Shown in pieces: positions 47,601 through 61,110 of a stretch of DNA of 64,000 bases. Origin of the DNA: Neophaeotheca triangularis (lineage: Eukaryota); contig BAAIJX010000012.1 of assembly GCA_054600435.1 (NCBI GenBank), positions 248,001 to 312,000 of the forward strand. The letters are read 5' to 3'. The position numbers were made by a program, and so were the translations under genes. The number at the start of each line of letters is the position of its first letter. Within the stretch, counting starts at the first letter, position 1. Below the pieces are notes generated by a model that was given only the letters and a program-made list of their open reading frames with translations, made no database searches and had not been told where the DNA came from.

Positions 47601-48417
47601 TGCCATGGTTGACTGCGCGAAGATCTCGATCTCTGCTTGCGATGACATCGGAGGCATGAAAAAGAGCCCCGCTTTGGAATCGAGCGAAGTCGCACGTCTA
47701 ATGGAAGCCAGACGATCTTCGAGCTCTGGCGCATGTAGAATGCTTTCGTCACTGATTAGCACAGCGGCGAATCGCGTCTTGAACCCCGAGCGACTTAGCG
47801 CTGCTCGGCAGGATTCGATATCGGCTTTGATCTGATTATCTTGAGTCTCGCCAGATTCCGCGTTGATGTTGAAGAAAGCCACGATTTGACATGGCACGTC
47901 GTTTTGGTGTTTTTTGAACCACTGGGGAGTAAATATGCCGTCAGGAAAGACTGGAGAACCAGGTGAAAGCGGCGACAGTGGGGAGTGCAGTTCTATGCTT
48001 TTAGCAGGGCTCATGTAACTCTGACCTCCCTCCGCCGAGGGTGATTGGGAAGGTGGCGCAGCTTTGCGTGCCGGTAACGTGTAAGACTACTCGCAGTATT
48101 AGTTTTCAGCAGGGACACGATTGGGCTAGCCGAGCCATACCTACCCTCCCTATTGCCTTCATTTTGTAACCAATCAGTCCTGAAGGCCCACTGGAAGTGG
48201 CGGCATGCCATGCTTTCTCGGTAGCGTCGATACTTTGAAGTGCTTGAAGAAGCTGCGCGGCTTGCTGTGCGACACATTCTTCCGACCCTAAGAGCAGTCT
48301 AGGACCGCTGTCCTGTCGGAGGGCAGCTTTGCCAACCTTGGCCGACTCATGGCCCAGTCCTGATAGGAGCACCAATGGAAGATTGTGCTCAACGTACTCG
48401 GGCGGATATGCCTCCAT
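44679..48417 (-). CDS. TRAPPC11 / Gryzun / foie gras family trafficking protein
   Basis: Start MEAYPPEYVEHNLPLVLLSGL, then intron 48087-48144. Motifs HSPLSPLSPGSPVFPDG, EYYRDLTKH, ARYDLKLGAFAEFRQE and ENPSLHFLTFALTMEASEDFAFSGPK. Confidence 0.88.
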
Positions 48418-48754
48418 GGCCGCTGCAGCAATGTCGAGCCGGGTAAGACGGCGAGATATTGCTTTATGCAAGACTGTCACGACATGGCAAATAGCATGTT
48501 GTCGTTTGTGCGGTTGGCGTAGGTGTCAAAAGTTGCAGCGCGAACAGCAAACAGGACATGAGGTGTACATAGCACATACTACTAGTCCAGGTTAAACGTG
48601 GGCGACTCACGCACGGGCCCACGACCACGATTGAGAGCCCCGGCTGTCTCCAACGCGCTCTGGCTGCACCTCCTTATATATTAATTTTCATCTTGATACT
48701 CCTCCCTCCTCTGTCATTTGACCCAACAACGGTTACATACCTCGTAGGCTACGT

Positions 48755-50551
48755 ATGTACGCTTACAATTGTCTGAGTCGTACTTGGAAGCCAGTCCATG
48801 TGACAACGATTCAGAAACCTCTTCCTTGGTGCCGCCGGCTTCACGTGAGTGTATCAGCAAGCACCATTCCGAACGTGTACTGATATCTCCCCCCTTAGCA
48901 CGATGGACGTAACAGACTGAGCAACTTCTGGACACCGACTAAAGGTCGCAAGCCTTCTCAGGACGCTATTCCAGAAGATGGCCACCAGCTTTTACTCAGA
49001 GCTGGCTTCTTGCGACAGGCCCACTCTGGGTTATTCCATCTCCTCCCCCTGGGTTTGAGAGTGCAAAACAAACTCGAGGCCCTCATAGACCATCATATGC
49101 AGAGTTTAGGGGCATCCAAAGTTTCGCTCTCGTCCCTGTCTTCCGAGGAGTTATGGCGGCGCTCCGGCCGTCTACAAGGCCGAGACGCAGAATTTCTACG
49201 TCTCGCGGATCGCAAAGGCGCCAAGTACTTACTTGCACCTACCCATGAAGAGGAAATCACGTCAATCGTAGCTGAGGCAGTGAATTCTTACAAAGATCTA
49301 CCTCTGCGATTGTATCAGATTTCGAGGAAATATCGCGACGAGGCCAGGCCACGGCAAGGCCTATTACGTGGACGCGAATTCGTCATGAAGGATTTGTACA
49401 CGTTCGATATCACCGAAGAGCAGGCCAAGGCGACCTACGAAAGTGTACGTCAAGCTTATCGGGCCTTTTTCGACGACCTGGCATTGCCTTACTTAGTGGC
49501 AGCTGCGGACTCGGGCAATATGGGCGGTAGCCTTAGCCACGAGTACCACTTCGCCACTGACAAGGGAGAGGATAGCATTATCGGCTGTTCCAGTTGTGAT
49601 CTTTCAACGAATGAAGAACTCTACACTCACGAAGCTGCACCCGAACATGGCGGCAGCGACGGGATCCTGTACTGGCATGGCGTCACGAGGGACCGGCGGT
49701 GCCGTGTTGTGGCTGCATTCCCCAATTACAGCACCTTGACTGATGGTTCGGTCATAGAGAATGATGTGGGTATTCATGCACTGAAAGCAGTCGCTCCAAG
49801 AGTGGATACTTCCAATGGAAAGATCTCTAGCGAGGGCCCTGACCCGAAAATGATCGCGGAAGGCAATGCGTTGTTTGTAGACGCCAGGATCGCAAAATTC
49901 TTCAACACTACCGACCCTGGCAAAGATCTTGAATGGACAGTGGCTGCCATCGACGGACAGGCTATTCAGCTCACGGAGCCTCGTGCTGGCGAAAAGTGTC
50001 CGCACTGTACCGATGGCATACTCAATATCCACCAAGCTGTTGAGATTGGTCATACATTCCACCTGGGCACACGATACAGCAAGCCTTTGGGTGTGGAAGT
50101 GCTGGACAGCAACAACAAACAAGTCACCGTACAGATGGGCTGTCATGGTGTTGGTGTTTCTCGCCTCCTCGGTGCGGTCGCAACTCTACTCGCGGACTCA
50201 AAGGGACTGAATTGGCCGACGGCACTTGCACCTTTCAACGTGATGATCATTCCTGGGCCAAAGGCGTCTATCGATGATGCCAGCGAGCTATATGACTCCT
50301 TACTGCCACACGATCTAGACGTTGTGATCGACGACCGGGACAAAGCTATGGGATGGAAGTTGAACGACGCTGATTTAGTTGGCTATCCTTTCATAGTTGT
50401 GATGGGCAAAAGCTGGGCCAGCAAGAAAATTGTCGAGGTGCAATGTCGCCAGCTGAATGCAAAGATGGAAGTGAGCCTTTCGCAGATAGGTCCGAACTTG
50501 GAAGGCTTGAAATATCGTCTGCGGAACCAGCAAACCAACAAGGATGACTGA
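48755..50551 (+). CDS. Prolyl-tRNA synthetase, mitochondrial (Aim10-like)
   Basis: ATG at 48755 with a basic presequence-like exon 1. Intron 48845-48898 leads to HDGRNRLSNFW. Class II motifs LAPTHEEEIT, KYRDEARPRQGLLRGREF and EIGHTFHLG...MGCHGVGVSRL, plus an anticodon-binding domain. Confidence 0.93.
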
Positions 50552-50971
50552 TCTTCTTGTCGAACTTTAGCGAATATCATGTCGCGGTATCTTGATTGCA
50601 AACCCTGCAGTGATCCCAATGATTCAGCATGTCGGACCTGAAAGCGAAAGATACTATTTCTCTTTACTACCGCCGCCCGCCGTGTTTGGTAAAAACCTGG
50701 TCTTTATCCGATATTGACGATCACAAGACCTCCGCACGCGTTATCAACTGTTCTCGGCTCGACTCCCAGTATGTTCCTTCAAGTTTCCCCGCTGCGCTCG
50801 TGTGGCCTGATCGGCATCTGCTGTACGCCGCCTACAATGTTTGTCGCATCATGTAGGCGGTCTTGGGGCGCAGCCTTATGTGACCAGTAGGCACTGTTAT
50901 CGGTTGCTAACTTACTCTTATCCTGCATATACACATTTCATATCTCAGAATCTCTTAACGACATCAGGATC

Positions 50972-52042
50972 ATGGCCTCTTCAAACGTCTCATATTACAA
51001 TGCAGGCTTAATGCTCGAGGACTTTCTTAACATGCCGTCGCAGCCCACTTCAGTCTTCGACGACATTGACCAAGAGGACTATTTAGCTATGGGGTCGAGC
51101 CAGAAGAGCTTCAATTTCGAGGGAGCGCTCTCAAGGCCCGCATCAGTTACGCACCATCAGGTCGTTGACGTGGACGACGGCGTTTTTAGCGCACTTTCGC
51201 AGAACGGTTGCCTGAATTGTGTGGACGAGGATCTGGTAAGACGTCACGTTCCTTCTTCAGACAGCAAGTGCTAAGCAATACCTCAGTGCCCTGAATGCAT
51301 GCACATCCTCTTGGACGACTTGGAAGACTGCCCGGACCTCACCAACGACTCCTCAGCGGTTTCATCCGATTCAGCCTCAGCATCTATCTCAAGAACAACC
51401 TCGGGTTCCAACCTAGTCTCATCCGCCGGCATCAGCAGTCCCAGCGTCGTCTCTGGCACCACGTGCAAACGCAGCAAGCGCATCACAGGAGGCTACCCGT
51501 GCACCCAGACAGGCTGCCGCAAGACTTTCGATCGCCAAAGCGACCTGAACCACCACGCACGAAGGCACCAGGACACAGCGGACAGAGCGCATGGATGCGA
51601 GAACTGCGAAAAGCGCTTCCACTACCCGAAAGACCTCCGCCGGCACCAGAAGCGCCTCCATCCGACCCCAGCTGAGAGCGAGAGCTCAGCGCCTAGAGCG
51701 CAACTGCGGCCAGGGAGTCCGCTGTCGTCTACTCAAGCCACCAGGCCCGCTGTGAAACGCAAGCGGGCCGGCGGCGGGCCCCGAACACATGCTACAGAGC
51801 CTCGAATCTCCCCTCGCGTGACCGAATTCCTGGTCACCATGCCTGATGTGGACATGGACCTCCCTCTGCCTGACATCGGTAGGCCGGCCGGCCCACCGAC
51901 CAAGGAAACCGCGCAGCGATGGCTGGGCGCTATTCGCAATCTGCTTTTACATGCCGCGAACTATGCCTTGCCACCTGATACGGAGAGTGCTCTGGAAGTG
52001 ATTGCAAGGCAGCTGGATGGGTGGCGGTTTGATGATGTTTGA
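50972..52042 (+). CDS. C2H2 zinc-finger protein
   Basis: Two fingers: YPCTQTGCRKTFDRQSDLNHHARRH and HGCENCEKRFHYPKDLRRHQKRLH. Intron 51236-51286 (GTAAGA...GCTAAG...CAG) links the upstream exon in frame. Confidence 0.85.
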
Positions 52043-52400
52043 TACGTGATGGGTGGCTTTGCGGTGTACTTTATGGCTCTTAGCTCTGTGGCTGGCTGGC
52101 TGGCTGTACGAATTTTTTTTTAAGATCTCTTCAAATTTATTGTTACTGTGTACCTCTTTGTCGCTAAGAGATTCGATCCAAAACTCCCAATAGATCGCAT
52201 TGCCGGAGACAGCGCTTTCGCAAGCCAATTCCAAAAATATCCGTATTCGTCCCACGTCGTCCCGGCTGACAGCTGCTGCGTTGATCTCTCCGGTACTAGC
52301 ATCTATTTAGAACAATGCTGCCGGGCAAAGCAAACCCCCACAACAATAGCGACCAATACTATGAGACCTTTGTGAACTCGGATCTGCATCGTGTCAGTTG

Positions 52401-53425
52401 TTACAGGTTGACTTTCCATCGGTACGCGCGATTATCAAGCCGCCTTACCATGCTATGTCCGGAGCGACCAATCTGGACATGTGAGCCAGCGGTCTGGATC
52501 AGCGCTTCATTGTCGTCGCCCTGCCCTTCCTCAAGCTGACGTGGGTCCTTGCCGCCAGCCGTGAAATCCGCAAACGAGGGCGCCGTGGGCACAGCAGTGA
52601 TGGACCGTAACTCAAGCGAGAAGTCTCCCTCTTGAGTACCGAAATAACTGCGGTCCCATGTCAGTCAACCACCCGCGCCGAGACAACATAACAGCACTTT
52701 CATACCTGCGCATCATGATGCTGACTCGCTTGATCTTTGACCTGTCGAGGGGCTTGGCATCCTTCTTCAGCTTGCCCCTGTAAGTCGGGTTCAGACTTTC
52801 CCACGGGATGAAAACGGTGCGATCGTGAGAGTGACCTGGCTCCGCTTGCGGCGGCAGCTCAAAATCGCACTCGTAGGAGATGGAAGCTTGGTCGCGGCCG
52901 TCGTTGGAGTTTTTGGGCAGCACTTCATCTTTGAGAATGAAGGTGTAGCGCTTTTCTATCGTTCGGTTGTCAGTTGCGAGATCGAGTTTAGAAGACGACC
53001 GGCGCTTTGAGCTCGGGGCTGGAGACTGACTATCGCCTTTGGCCAAGTGAAGCGTGATGCCGGCGTATTTGTGGAGGTCGAAGCCGAGATCATCGCTCGT
53101 CGTCCGCTGAGAAGCGAAGCCGGCACCGCCCAGTGTCTTGATGTCGAGGTTGCCGTGGAAGCATGCCGTCTTGTCCTTGAAATCGAGGTAAGACTGAATG
53201 ATTGCCACGCTTTAGCTTGGAAAATCGTTGCGGGTCGATGCTAATCCGAGAGCTTACCTGCGACTTGCCACCTCGTACTCTGTCGTCGCTAGCAGTCCAG
53301 TCGTCTGCTTGCCAGCCTCTGTGAAGCGACGGTCAATATGTCGAGTATATGCCAAGGTTCAAGGGTCTCGCATACTCATCACCCCCGAAGAGCGTCATGG
53401 ACTCCGTCTTTTCTACTCCTGTCAT
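52401..53425 (-). CDS. CIA30 (NDUFAF1-like) domain protein
   Basis: Spliced reading LFGGDEGWQADDWTASDDRVRGGKSQSYL...GNLDIKTLGGAGFASQRT...PTYRGK...SIMMRSYFGTQEGDFSL. Four predicted introns. Confidence 0.85.
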
Positions 53426-54391
53426 TTTGAATTCGATGTCTGGTTGAATTAGTCACCCGAATCGACTGTAGCCCAAGTTGTCACCTTTTGTCAGAGGTTT
53501 TATCTATGTTGGTGACATTGAGATGTTTACCTGCATGTCGTTGGTCACCCCCCAAGGCGTGTCGTCGGCGCTGTCGGCGTTTCGTCCCCCGGCAGCCGAC
53601 AGGGAACCTTGGAAGTCGTCGTCCGTTCTCTGAGAACTGATGACATGCAACCACATCGTCTCTCGGAGTGAGGTATATCCCATTGAATTTGCGCCTCCCA
53701 CCTTGGTCCACAAGTGTAACCGACCATATCAACAACTCTACGTGCGTCTTCGACCACACTCACAATGACCCGTCACAAAAACAAGGAGGGCTAGCATCAA
53801 CAGCAACAGGGAACAGCCAACAGGAAACGAAGTAGAATGCCATCTCGAGAAGACACTTCGTAATATAACGTAGAGTCTAGATGCGCGGTCAATCGATCCC
53901 CCTTCGTAGCACTCGCTTGCGCAATCTACCTGCCGAGCCTGCACTGCCTCGCTTTCCGCCCTCCCCTTGCAAAAGTCTCCGGATCCTTCCATTCCCAGCC
54001 CCCAATGTCCGCTGACCAACTTGCTTTGCGAGCTCCTGAATCAAGGTCTCCGGCTGGCACGGCAAAAGATTCTTGGAGCTCCTCGTGAGCGCCTAGCAAC
54101 CTCTTTAGAGCTGCGCCTTTGCGTGTCTGTTCGGTGGCATTGATCCAACGTCGCTCGTAACAGCTGAAATCCTTCCCAATGAAAATATCGTATCTAGTCG
54201 TTAGTGTCGAACCCCACAACTCCTTCGCTCTATAGTGCACAATTATCGTGACATTCGTAACGTAGGCTCTACCACGAGTACCGAATAGTACAGTGGTGAG
54301 CCCTGCTTCTAGCGCTCTGGCAACAGTCGCCTCAATGCCCCCAAGTAGTGGTGACGATCGACCGCTCCAGCAACTGATGTAACAGCTCCGT

Positions 54392-55475
54392 CTATGACCA
54401 ATTGCAAACTTGCGCTGGAGGCGACCGAGGCATCGAATTGGGAGTGTGAGGGTACTCTATCGGCTCCATCGGCGAGTCGGCTTGCGAGAGGTCGAAAGAG
54501 TCGGACATGGGAGGAGTCTAGGAGAGACGCCGTCGTCAGCCTCGATGCGTAGACCGTGACGGTTGACTCTGGCTTCGTGGTGCCATGGATGGACGAGGTG
54601 GTCTACTCACAAACGCATGCATGCCTTGGTAGGATTGTACACTGGAACTGTCGACCCCAGCCATTGATGCGTAGGACATGCCGAACGGGCTCACCTCGTC
54701 ATCGCTGTATGTTTCCTGCTTACTCGAGGGCGTTGACGATGGCAGATACGTTTGGGCGGCGACAGGCTGGTATTGCGAGAAGACGTTCGGTTCCATGCTG
54801 GTCGTTGGTATGCCACAGTACGCCAATGCGTAAGTGTAGGCTGCGGATTCGCTTCTACCGGGTGCTACAGCAGCATAGGAAAATGGTGGCGGCGAAGTGG
54901 AGAGCTGCCTCGTGAATTGCTGGGAAAACATGCTCCGGTCATCCGCAGAGGGTAGAACGTATTTTTGGGAGAAAGCGTCGGGAGTGCGTGCTCCTGACGC
55001 ACGAGAGGATTTGCGCTGTGGACGAGGGACCTCGAGCGTCGATCTCCTACTTGGAAGAATGGACACCGGCTCGGCAAGCTCTTCGTGATGCCGTTCGGGC
55101 GAGGCAGAGCTAGAGCCAGCCCTCCGCTCAAGGTCCTCCAACCGCTTCTTTAGCTTCTTGCCTGTGAAATGGTTAGCTCCGATGCTTCAACCGGGCGATG
55201 ACATGGCTGCGAAACCTACGGTAGTTACGCTGTGCGATCCTGTTCTGTATTCTGCCGTAGTGTTAGACAAGTAGGGAGGGGCGACGCTGGCGCTTAACCA
55301 ACCTCCTCCGTTCCGCTAGGTCTGATATTTTGGTCCAGTCCTCGTTAGGATTCGCGCTGGCGCTGAAGGCACTACTCGTGCTGTGTGCAGTAGGGTATTG
55401 CTTTGCGGAAGACTGGACAGGATAATCTCCGTAGGCGTAGCCAGCGTGGCGCTGCATCTTTGCTCGATCGTACAT
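54392..55475 (-). CDS. bZIP transcription factor
   Basis: Spliced basic region EDWTKISDLAERRRIQNRIAQRNYRKKLKKRLEDLE. Introns 55252-55302, 55162-55219 and 54518-54610. Last exon TPPMSDSF...YPHTPNSMPRSP...WS*. Confidence 0.88.
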
Positions 55476-56019
55476 TGACAGTGGATGTCTTGCTTTGAAA
55501 GGAGATGGAAGCAGTGAGGAGGCAGACTACTGGTAAGTTGATATCGACTATCGTACACCGGTGAAAGCTGTCGAGGGTGGGGTCCGCCCTACTTCTATAT
55601 GCTGTACACTTACCTCCATGGTGGACGATCAGGCCAGAGCCTATACGTGGTCCCTGCTAGCTAGCCCAAAGGAGCCATGTGAGTGCGGGAGTTTCCTGCG
55701 CCATGTTGCGATGCGGTCTCCAGGATAAGAGTAATGCGAGAAGGGCCCGGCGGATTGAATGGCTTGCAGCCTGCAGCTCAGGCCCGAGCTGTGTCGTGCC
55801 TAGTTGCGGTGACCTCTACCGAGCTCAGGTCGCTACCCATCTTTGGCGTTACCACGCGCGCGCCCTACTGGAGCCAACCTTGGCATCCTTGAATATCTTG
55901 TACACGGAAGGCCTGATTACAAAGTCAGCCGTCCTATCAAATGGACGGTTCAAGTTGGTGATCGGCTTTGCGGGACGAGAAAGTTCCTGGCTGAGACGAG
56001 CGTCGCACACGCCGGGCCC

Positions 56020-56050
56020 CCGTTCACCGTTCACCGTTCACCGTTCACCG
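56020..56050. repeat. (CCGTTCA)4 heptamer repeat
   Basis: Visible directly upstream of the bZIP gene. Confidence 0.85.
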
Positions 56051-59000
56051 GGGTTAACGATGATTCCGTCTGCTACGGCCGCAGAGAGCATAGGTTGCTC
56101 TCCGCTATTGGTCGACATGACGCTGCAGCAGTTTGTTCTCGCCAGGCAGCAATCGAGGCAGACGCGAGCGACTTTCTCTCCCCGGCGCTCGTTGTTATAG
56201 AGACGGGAGTTAGGAGCGCGATCATACGTCGAATGTGCTAGTACCTATCTACCTTTGGTCTAGCAGACGACCGATAGAATGCTTGCAGTAACAAGAATGC
56301 GTCTAGCGAACTGGTCTCGGCAATAGTCGATCACTGTAGCATCAGCGACGCAGCGTGCCCGGTTGTGAGAAGAGCCCAGTGGGAGAGGCACGTGGAGAGG
56401 GCACATTCAGCAAACTCCTTCACCGCTTTCCATACCATCCATCGCTGGCAGGAGCTGCGTTTATTGATCCTTGCAATCTAAAATCCCGGCGGGGCCGAGT
56501 GGGCGATGGCTGGCCGCGTCAACGGGGCATGGCCAGTAACTTTACGATACTTGTCAGCCTCGTCGCCCGAGCTGTGACCGCAGGTCAGGTCTTTTTCTTA
56601 GTGTGATGACAAAGTCGCTATTCATGGATTCGCTTAAGCAGGCATGAGCTTGCTGTAGGATAGGCGCAGGTATGCTGCGTTCCCGCAGCACGGTACTTTT
56701 GGTGCTTGCGTTACCCAAGGTCCAATCAGGCCATCTGCCATCAAGACTCTGTTTCCGAGGTTGGAAAGAGGGCGCTCACTACAAACGCCTCGCGAACCCG
56801 AACGCATAGACACGTGGAGAGCGGGTGGAGGCATGAACATCCCAAGGGTGCGGTTTGACAACGCGCCCTTCGGCGGCATGTCCTACCAAGTGCACTGTGT
56901 GTGTCGCGACTCGCACGTTTCCAGAAGACCAACGCCGCTATAGTATCAAGAGGTAAGTACCTTATGAGAACTACTATGTACCTAACATAGCCCTGGTCTG
57001 CTGCACTCGAGAAGTACTTGACCGGAGCTGGAGGCTCCGTTTGCGAACAGGTACTTCCTTCCTTACCTTAGCCTGGTGGGTGACTCCCAAAGAAAGATCC
57101 GGCTCCGAGAAGCACGGAGGCAGGCACTAGGAGGTAGGTACCACTGGCTGGGGACCACATGCTCGAGGTTTGACAATGATAACTTGATAAGGCTTCAGCC
57201 GCACTTGCATCCTTCGAGATTGCAAGGGGGTTCTTTAGACCGCACCATATCGCTACTACTACTGTTGCAAGCGTGCCTACCTTAAGTTACCTACATACCC
57301 ACGCATATTGGTATGACGTAGTAGTGTTTTCCATGTGTATTGGATCTTTGCGTTTTTGAATGCATTCCAGGTTGTCAATGTTTTGGTAGGAAGATTGACG
57401 TCGGGCTTTGCGAAGTTGGTGCCCCCACCTTTTCACGTGCAGGCAGCCACAATCCATGCACCTTCGCTAAGATACACCCTCTTCAGGCTTTCTAGGACAG
57501 GGAGTCACTACTGGCACCCTCAACATGAACAGCACTGCGGGCCGGACCCGACAATCTGTTCCGAGCATCCGCGATCCGGACAGTGGACACCCCAGATGCC
57601 ATGCCTAATGCCACGAACCAGGCAACCCTTGGTTGTTCGCCTAGAGGAATAGAGGAATGCTACAGAGTACAGTCTCAAGCGAGCGACGCAGACAACACGG
57701 CGACGCCGATAGCCCCGCGTCAACTGGATGCAAGAATCCAGGGCCCTGGCTCTCGCAGCTCGTGATGGCGCGACAGCGACTGCGGGCACGCCACATGCCG
57801 ACCCAGAACAACGTTCCGATACGGCGGAGCGTGGGTGTATGTACTCCATCTCATGTCAACAGGCTGAGCGAGCAAGGCTGCCAACGAGTCCTAGACAGCT
57901 AGCTCAACGCTCTCACGGTTGTTGTCTGCTAACTAAGGATCATGCAAGACTGCTTCGTGAAGCATGCACCGCCGGATCTACTGGCTTCCGATGCAAGCCC
58001 GCCATGTTGCAATCGTGCGACCCAACCATGATACGAGAGAGCCTACGGTACACGAGGCTGTGCTATCTCTGCTTTGATTCCGGCGAGGCGGCAGTGACTA
58101 ACTGCTGTATCCCCCCGACCTCGAAAAGCTAGGACGTATCTCATCGATGAGCTCCAAGCAAGCTCCCGAATCGTTGCCTGAGTGGAAAATATCCGCTTGG
58201 TAAGCTTTACTGACGTTCCAAGACGGTGCTACAAGTCGCGAACTCTTGCTCAGCAGGAAGTGCCCACTCTTGCTGAGCGGGATGTTTATTCGCCACTTGA
58301 ATTTAGCCACGAGCATTTCGGAAATATCAATGCAACGATACGAACCGGCGCTCCTGGCTTAGGCTGTTGTACCGAAGCATCGAAAGACACGGGACAAGGT
58401 AGTTGATGTTGCGCGTCGTCAATGAGAGGACCGCCCTACCTAACTTGTGGTTCTATAGAGACGACAGACTGGTGAACGCACTGTCTAACCCCACGACCTG
58501 AACATCCTCGAGAACTAGCGGCCCGTTCCCGCTGACAGCTCAGTTGCACACGCGATTACGCTCCAGGCGTAGCAATCACTAGGCATCCAAACCGCCTGGC
58601 ATGTCTGACGATGTGCGCAAGCTGGTGTAAGACCAGTCACGGCAAGTACCTGCGGCTCCCACCATATCCGCGCAAAGGGGTGGATCAGGCGTCCAACACG
58701 GCTTCACCGCCCTGTCAGGAACCAGCGCTGGGCGTTGATTACTTAGCACCGAAATTGTGAGTAAGCATGCGATGCTACCTTTAGCTCCAACGTGTGGATT
58801 TCCCGGTCGTTTCTTTCGTCCGGAGTGACCGTACGTCGGAGAAGGCTCGACGTTCGACAGCAAGCACAGATTGTGCGGCTGAAAAATGCAGCCAATCAGC
58901 GAGCGATGTGAGGACCAGGGGAGGCGGGTTTTTTGATGCCAGCAAGGCGGTCGTTGGCCTCTCCAGCAGATGGGCTGATTGAGAAGACGAGCCACTTAGC

Positions 59001-59858
59001 CATTGGTCCAACTAATCACGAGCGACCAGCCAAATGTCACGCAAGGTGTTTACCTTATTGCGCATTGAAATTCCTCGCCTTTCGTCGCGCCAGACGAACT
59101 GTCAGGTTTCGAGAGCCAGCAGGACATGTACAGCAGTTCGCCGCTCCAAGCCTCCACCGACAACCGCGTGAGCTTGTTCAGCCGCAACCAGGGGTTGATC
59201 AAATCAACTAGGCTGGTCTCCGGTTCACCCCATCGCCGCAGCAGGAAGCGGCATACTATCTTGGCCGAGTCCGTTTTACCATGGGGTACGCGTGCAACCG
59301 GGCGGATTCGAGCAAGCTCCAAGCCATGAATAACCGATCCGCGAAAGCTTTGGAGTGGAGTTTCACGGTCCACCGTGTTCTCGTATTCGTGCGCTATTTC
59401 CTTGCCGATGTCTGGCGAACTAGAATCCTTTGTGAGGTGGCTCTGGCTCAATCCAGTCTGGTTCCAAGTACTGTCCTAGAGCCTTTTAGGCCACTGCGGC
59501 ATCGATACCGCATGTGACGTTCCTGTAGATAATAGTGGTCTGTCGCTCCAGGTCCCTGGTCTTAGCTCGCGTTGATTGGAGTCTGGAGGCGGTATGTTAC
59601 AAGTGCAAACTATACCAGCTAAGGTTGGCTTTTTCATCTGAGCGATCAAGCTGGGAGCTGAGTCCTAACATAGATACTGTGACCTTGCGAGAAGCTCTAG
59701 GATATGGATTTCAAAGTGTCATTGCCATTTCCGGAGCAGCGGTACGCTCAGCACAGATACGGTATTCATGGAGCTACGGCGGGTGCAACCTGTACAATCA
59801 ACATCACCATCCTCAAACCAGCAGTCCTCAACTCTCGAGTACCCTTTGATGAAATGAC

Positions 59859-61110
59859 TCAGAGCTTCGCCCTGCTACGGACAATGCGGTAGCAAGGCCC
59901 GTTCTTACCAAACATCTGCCTCAGATCGAGAACGATCTCGTCTGGAACTTCATACGCAGCAAAATGACCGCCGCTCTTCTTGTCGCTCTCGAAGACCACG
60001 GGACCGAGCGTTCTGCCCCACGTGTCCGGCACGACACCCAGCTCTTGCGGCGTCTTGCACAATCCGAGCTTCACCTTGGGAATCCACGTCTGCGTTCGCT
60101 CTTTCCAAACACCAGCTTTGGGGTGCGTGGCCTCGTAGTAGATGCGCAGACTAGCCGCCGGGCCGGCTGTGGAGAAGTAGTAGATTGAGACCCATGTGAG
60201 AATCTCGTCGTCGGTCCAGGGGTAGGCGTCGGTCCAGTCGTGGAGTTTCTCGTAAATCCAAGCGAGCAGGGCTACGGGGCTGTCGGTGAGGGCATAGCCG
60301 ATAGTTTGCGGTTTGGTGCTCTGTAGGATACGGTAGCCTTGGCCTTCCTCCTGAAACCATGTAGTGCGCTCGAGACCTTTGCGATCAGCATCGCTGTAGG
60401 GGGTGAGGGCATGTTGAAGCGCGAGCAAGGGGTGGCTGGTCCAGGTTGGCTGGCTGGCGCGGATCATGTTCACGTGCGAGGCGAGGCAGGATTCTGGGTA
60501 GAGCAGGCCAATGGCACGGGTGATGTAGAAGCCCCAATCCCCGCCTTGAGTCACGTACTGCTTGTAGCCTAGGTGCTGCATCAATTTATGTAGACACTCG
60601 GCGTACTTTGCGAGGTTGAAGCCTGTCTTCTTAGGGCCTTCGCTCCAGCCAAAGTTTGGGAGACTGGGCGCTACAACGTGGAAGGCGACGCCGTTATTGC
60701 TCTGCTTCAGTGCTGCGAGCATCTTGGTGACCTCAAGGTAGGATCCCGGCCAGCCGTGGGCGAACAAAAGCGGGATAGCGTCAGATGAGTCGCTTGGCTG
60801 GTGGATGTAGTGAATATCGAGCTCATCGAAGCCATCTACCTTGACGGGTTGGTGGTAATTGGGCAACTCGTTGAGCTTGGCTTCATGAGCTCTCCAGTCA
60901 AACCCGTCCTTCCAGTACTCGGCCAGTCTTTTCACGTCCTTTAGGGGAGCGCCATAGTCCCAAGCTGCACCGTCAAGCTGGTGTGAATTAGTCAAATAGC
61001 ATCTCGCTCGTAAAGATTCAACACACCTCGTCAGGAAATGTGGCGACCTGGAGTTTCTCCCTCAGAGCCTGGAGCTTGCTCTCTGGCACTGCAATCTCGT
61101 ACGCTGCCAT
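59859..61110 (-). CDS. Epoxide hydrolase (EHN + alpha/beta hydrolase) with PTS1
   Basis: [19 protein letters not shown] nucleophile elbow and GGHFAAYE. Exon 1 from ATG 61110, intron 60978-61026. Ends -AKL. Confidence 0.93.

Noticed and set aside
52043..52193. Hydrophobic in-frame run of about 49 codons after the C2H2 stop (possible tail anchor by readthrough)
   Set aside because: The length is within chance, and T-rich 3'UTRs translate as hydrophobic by default.
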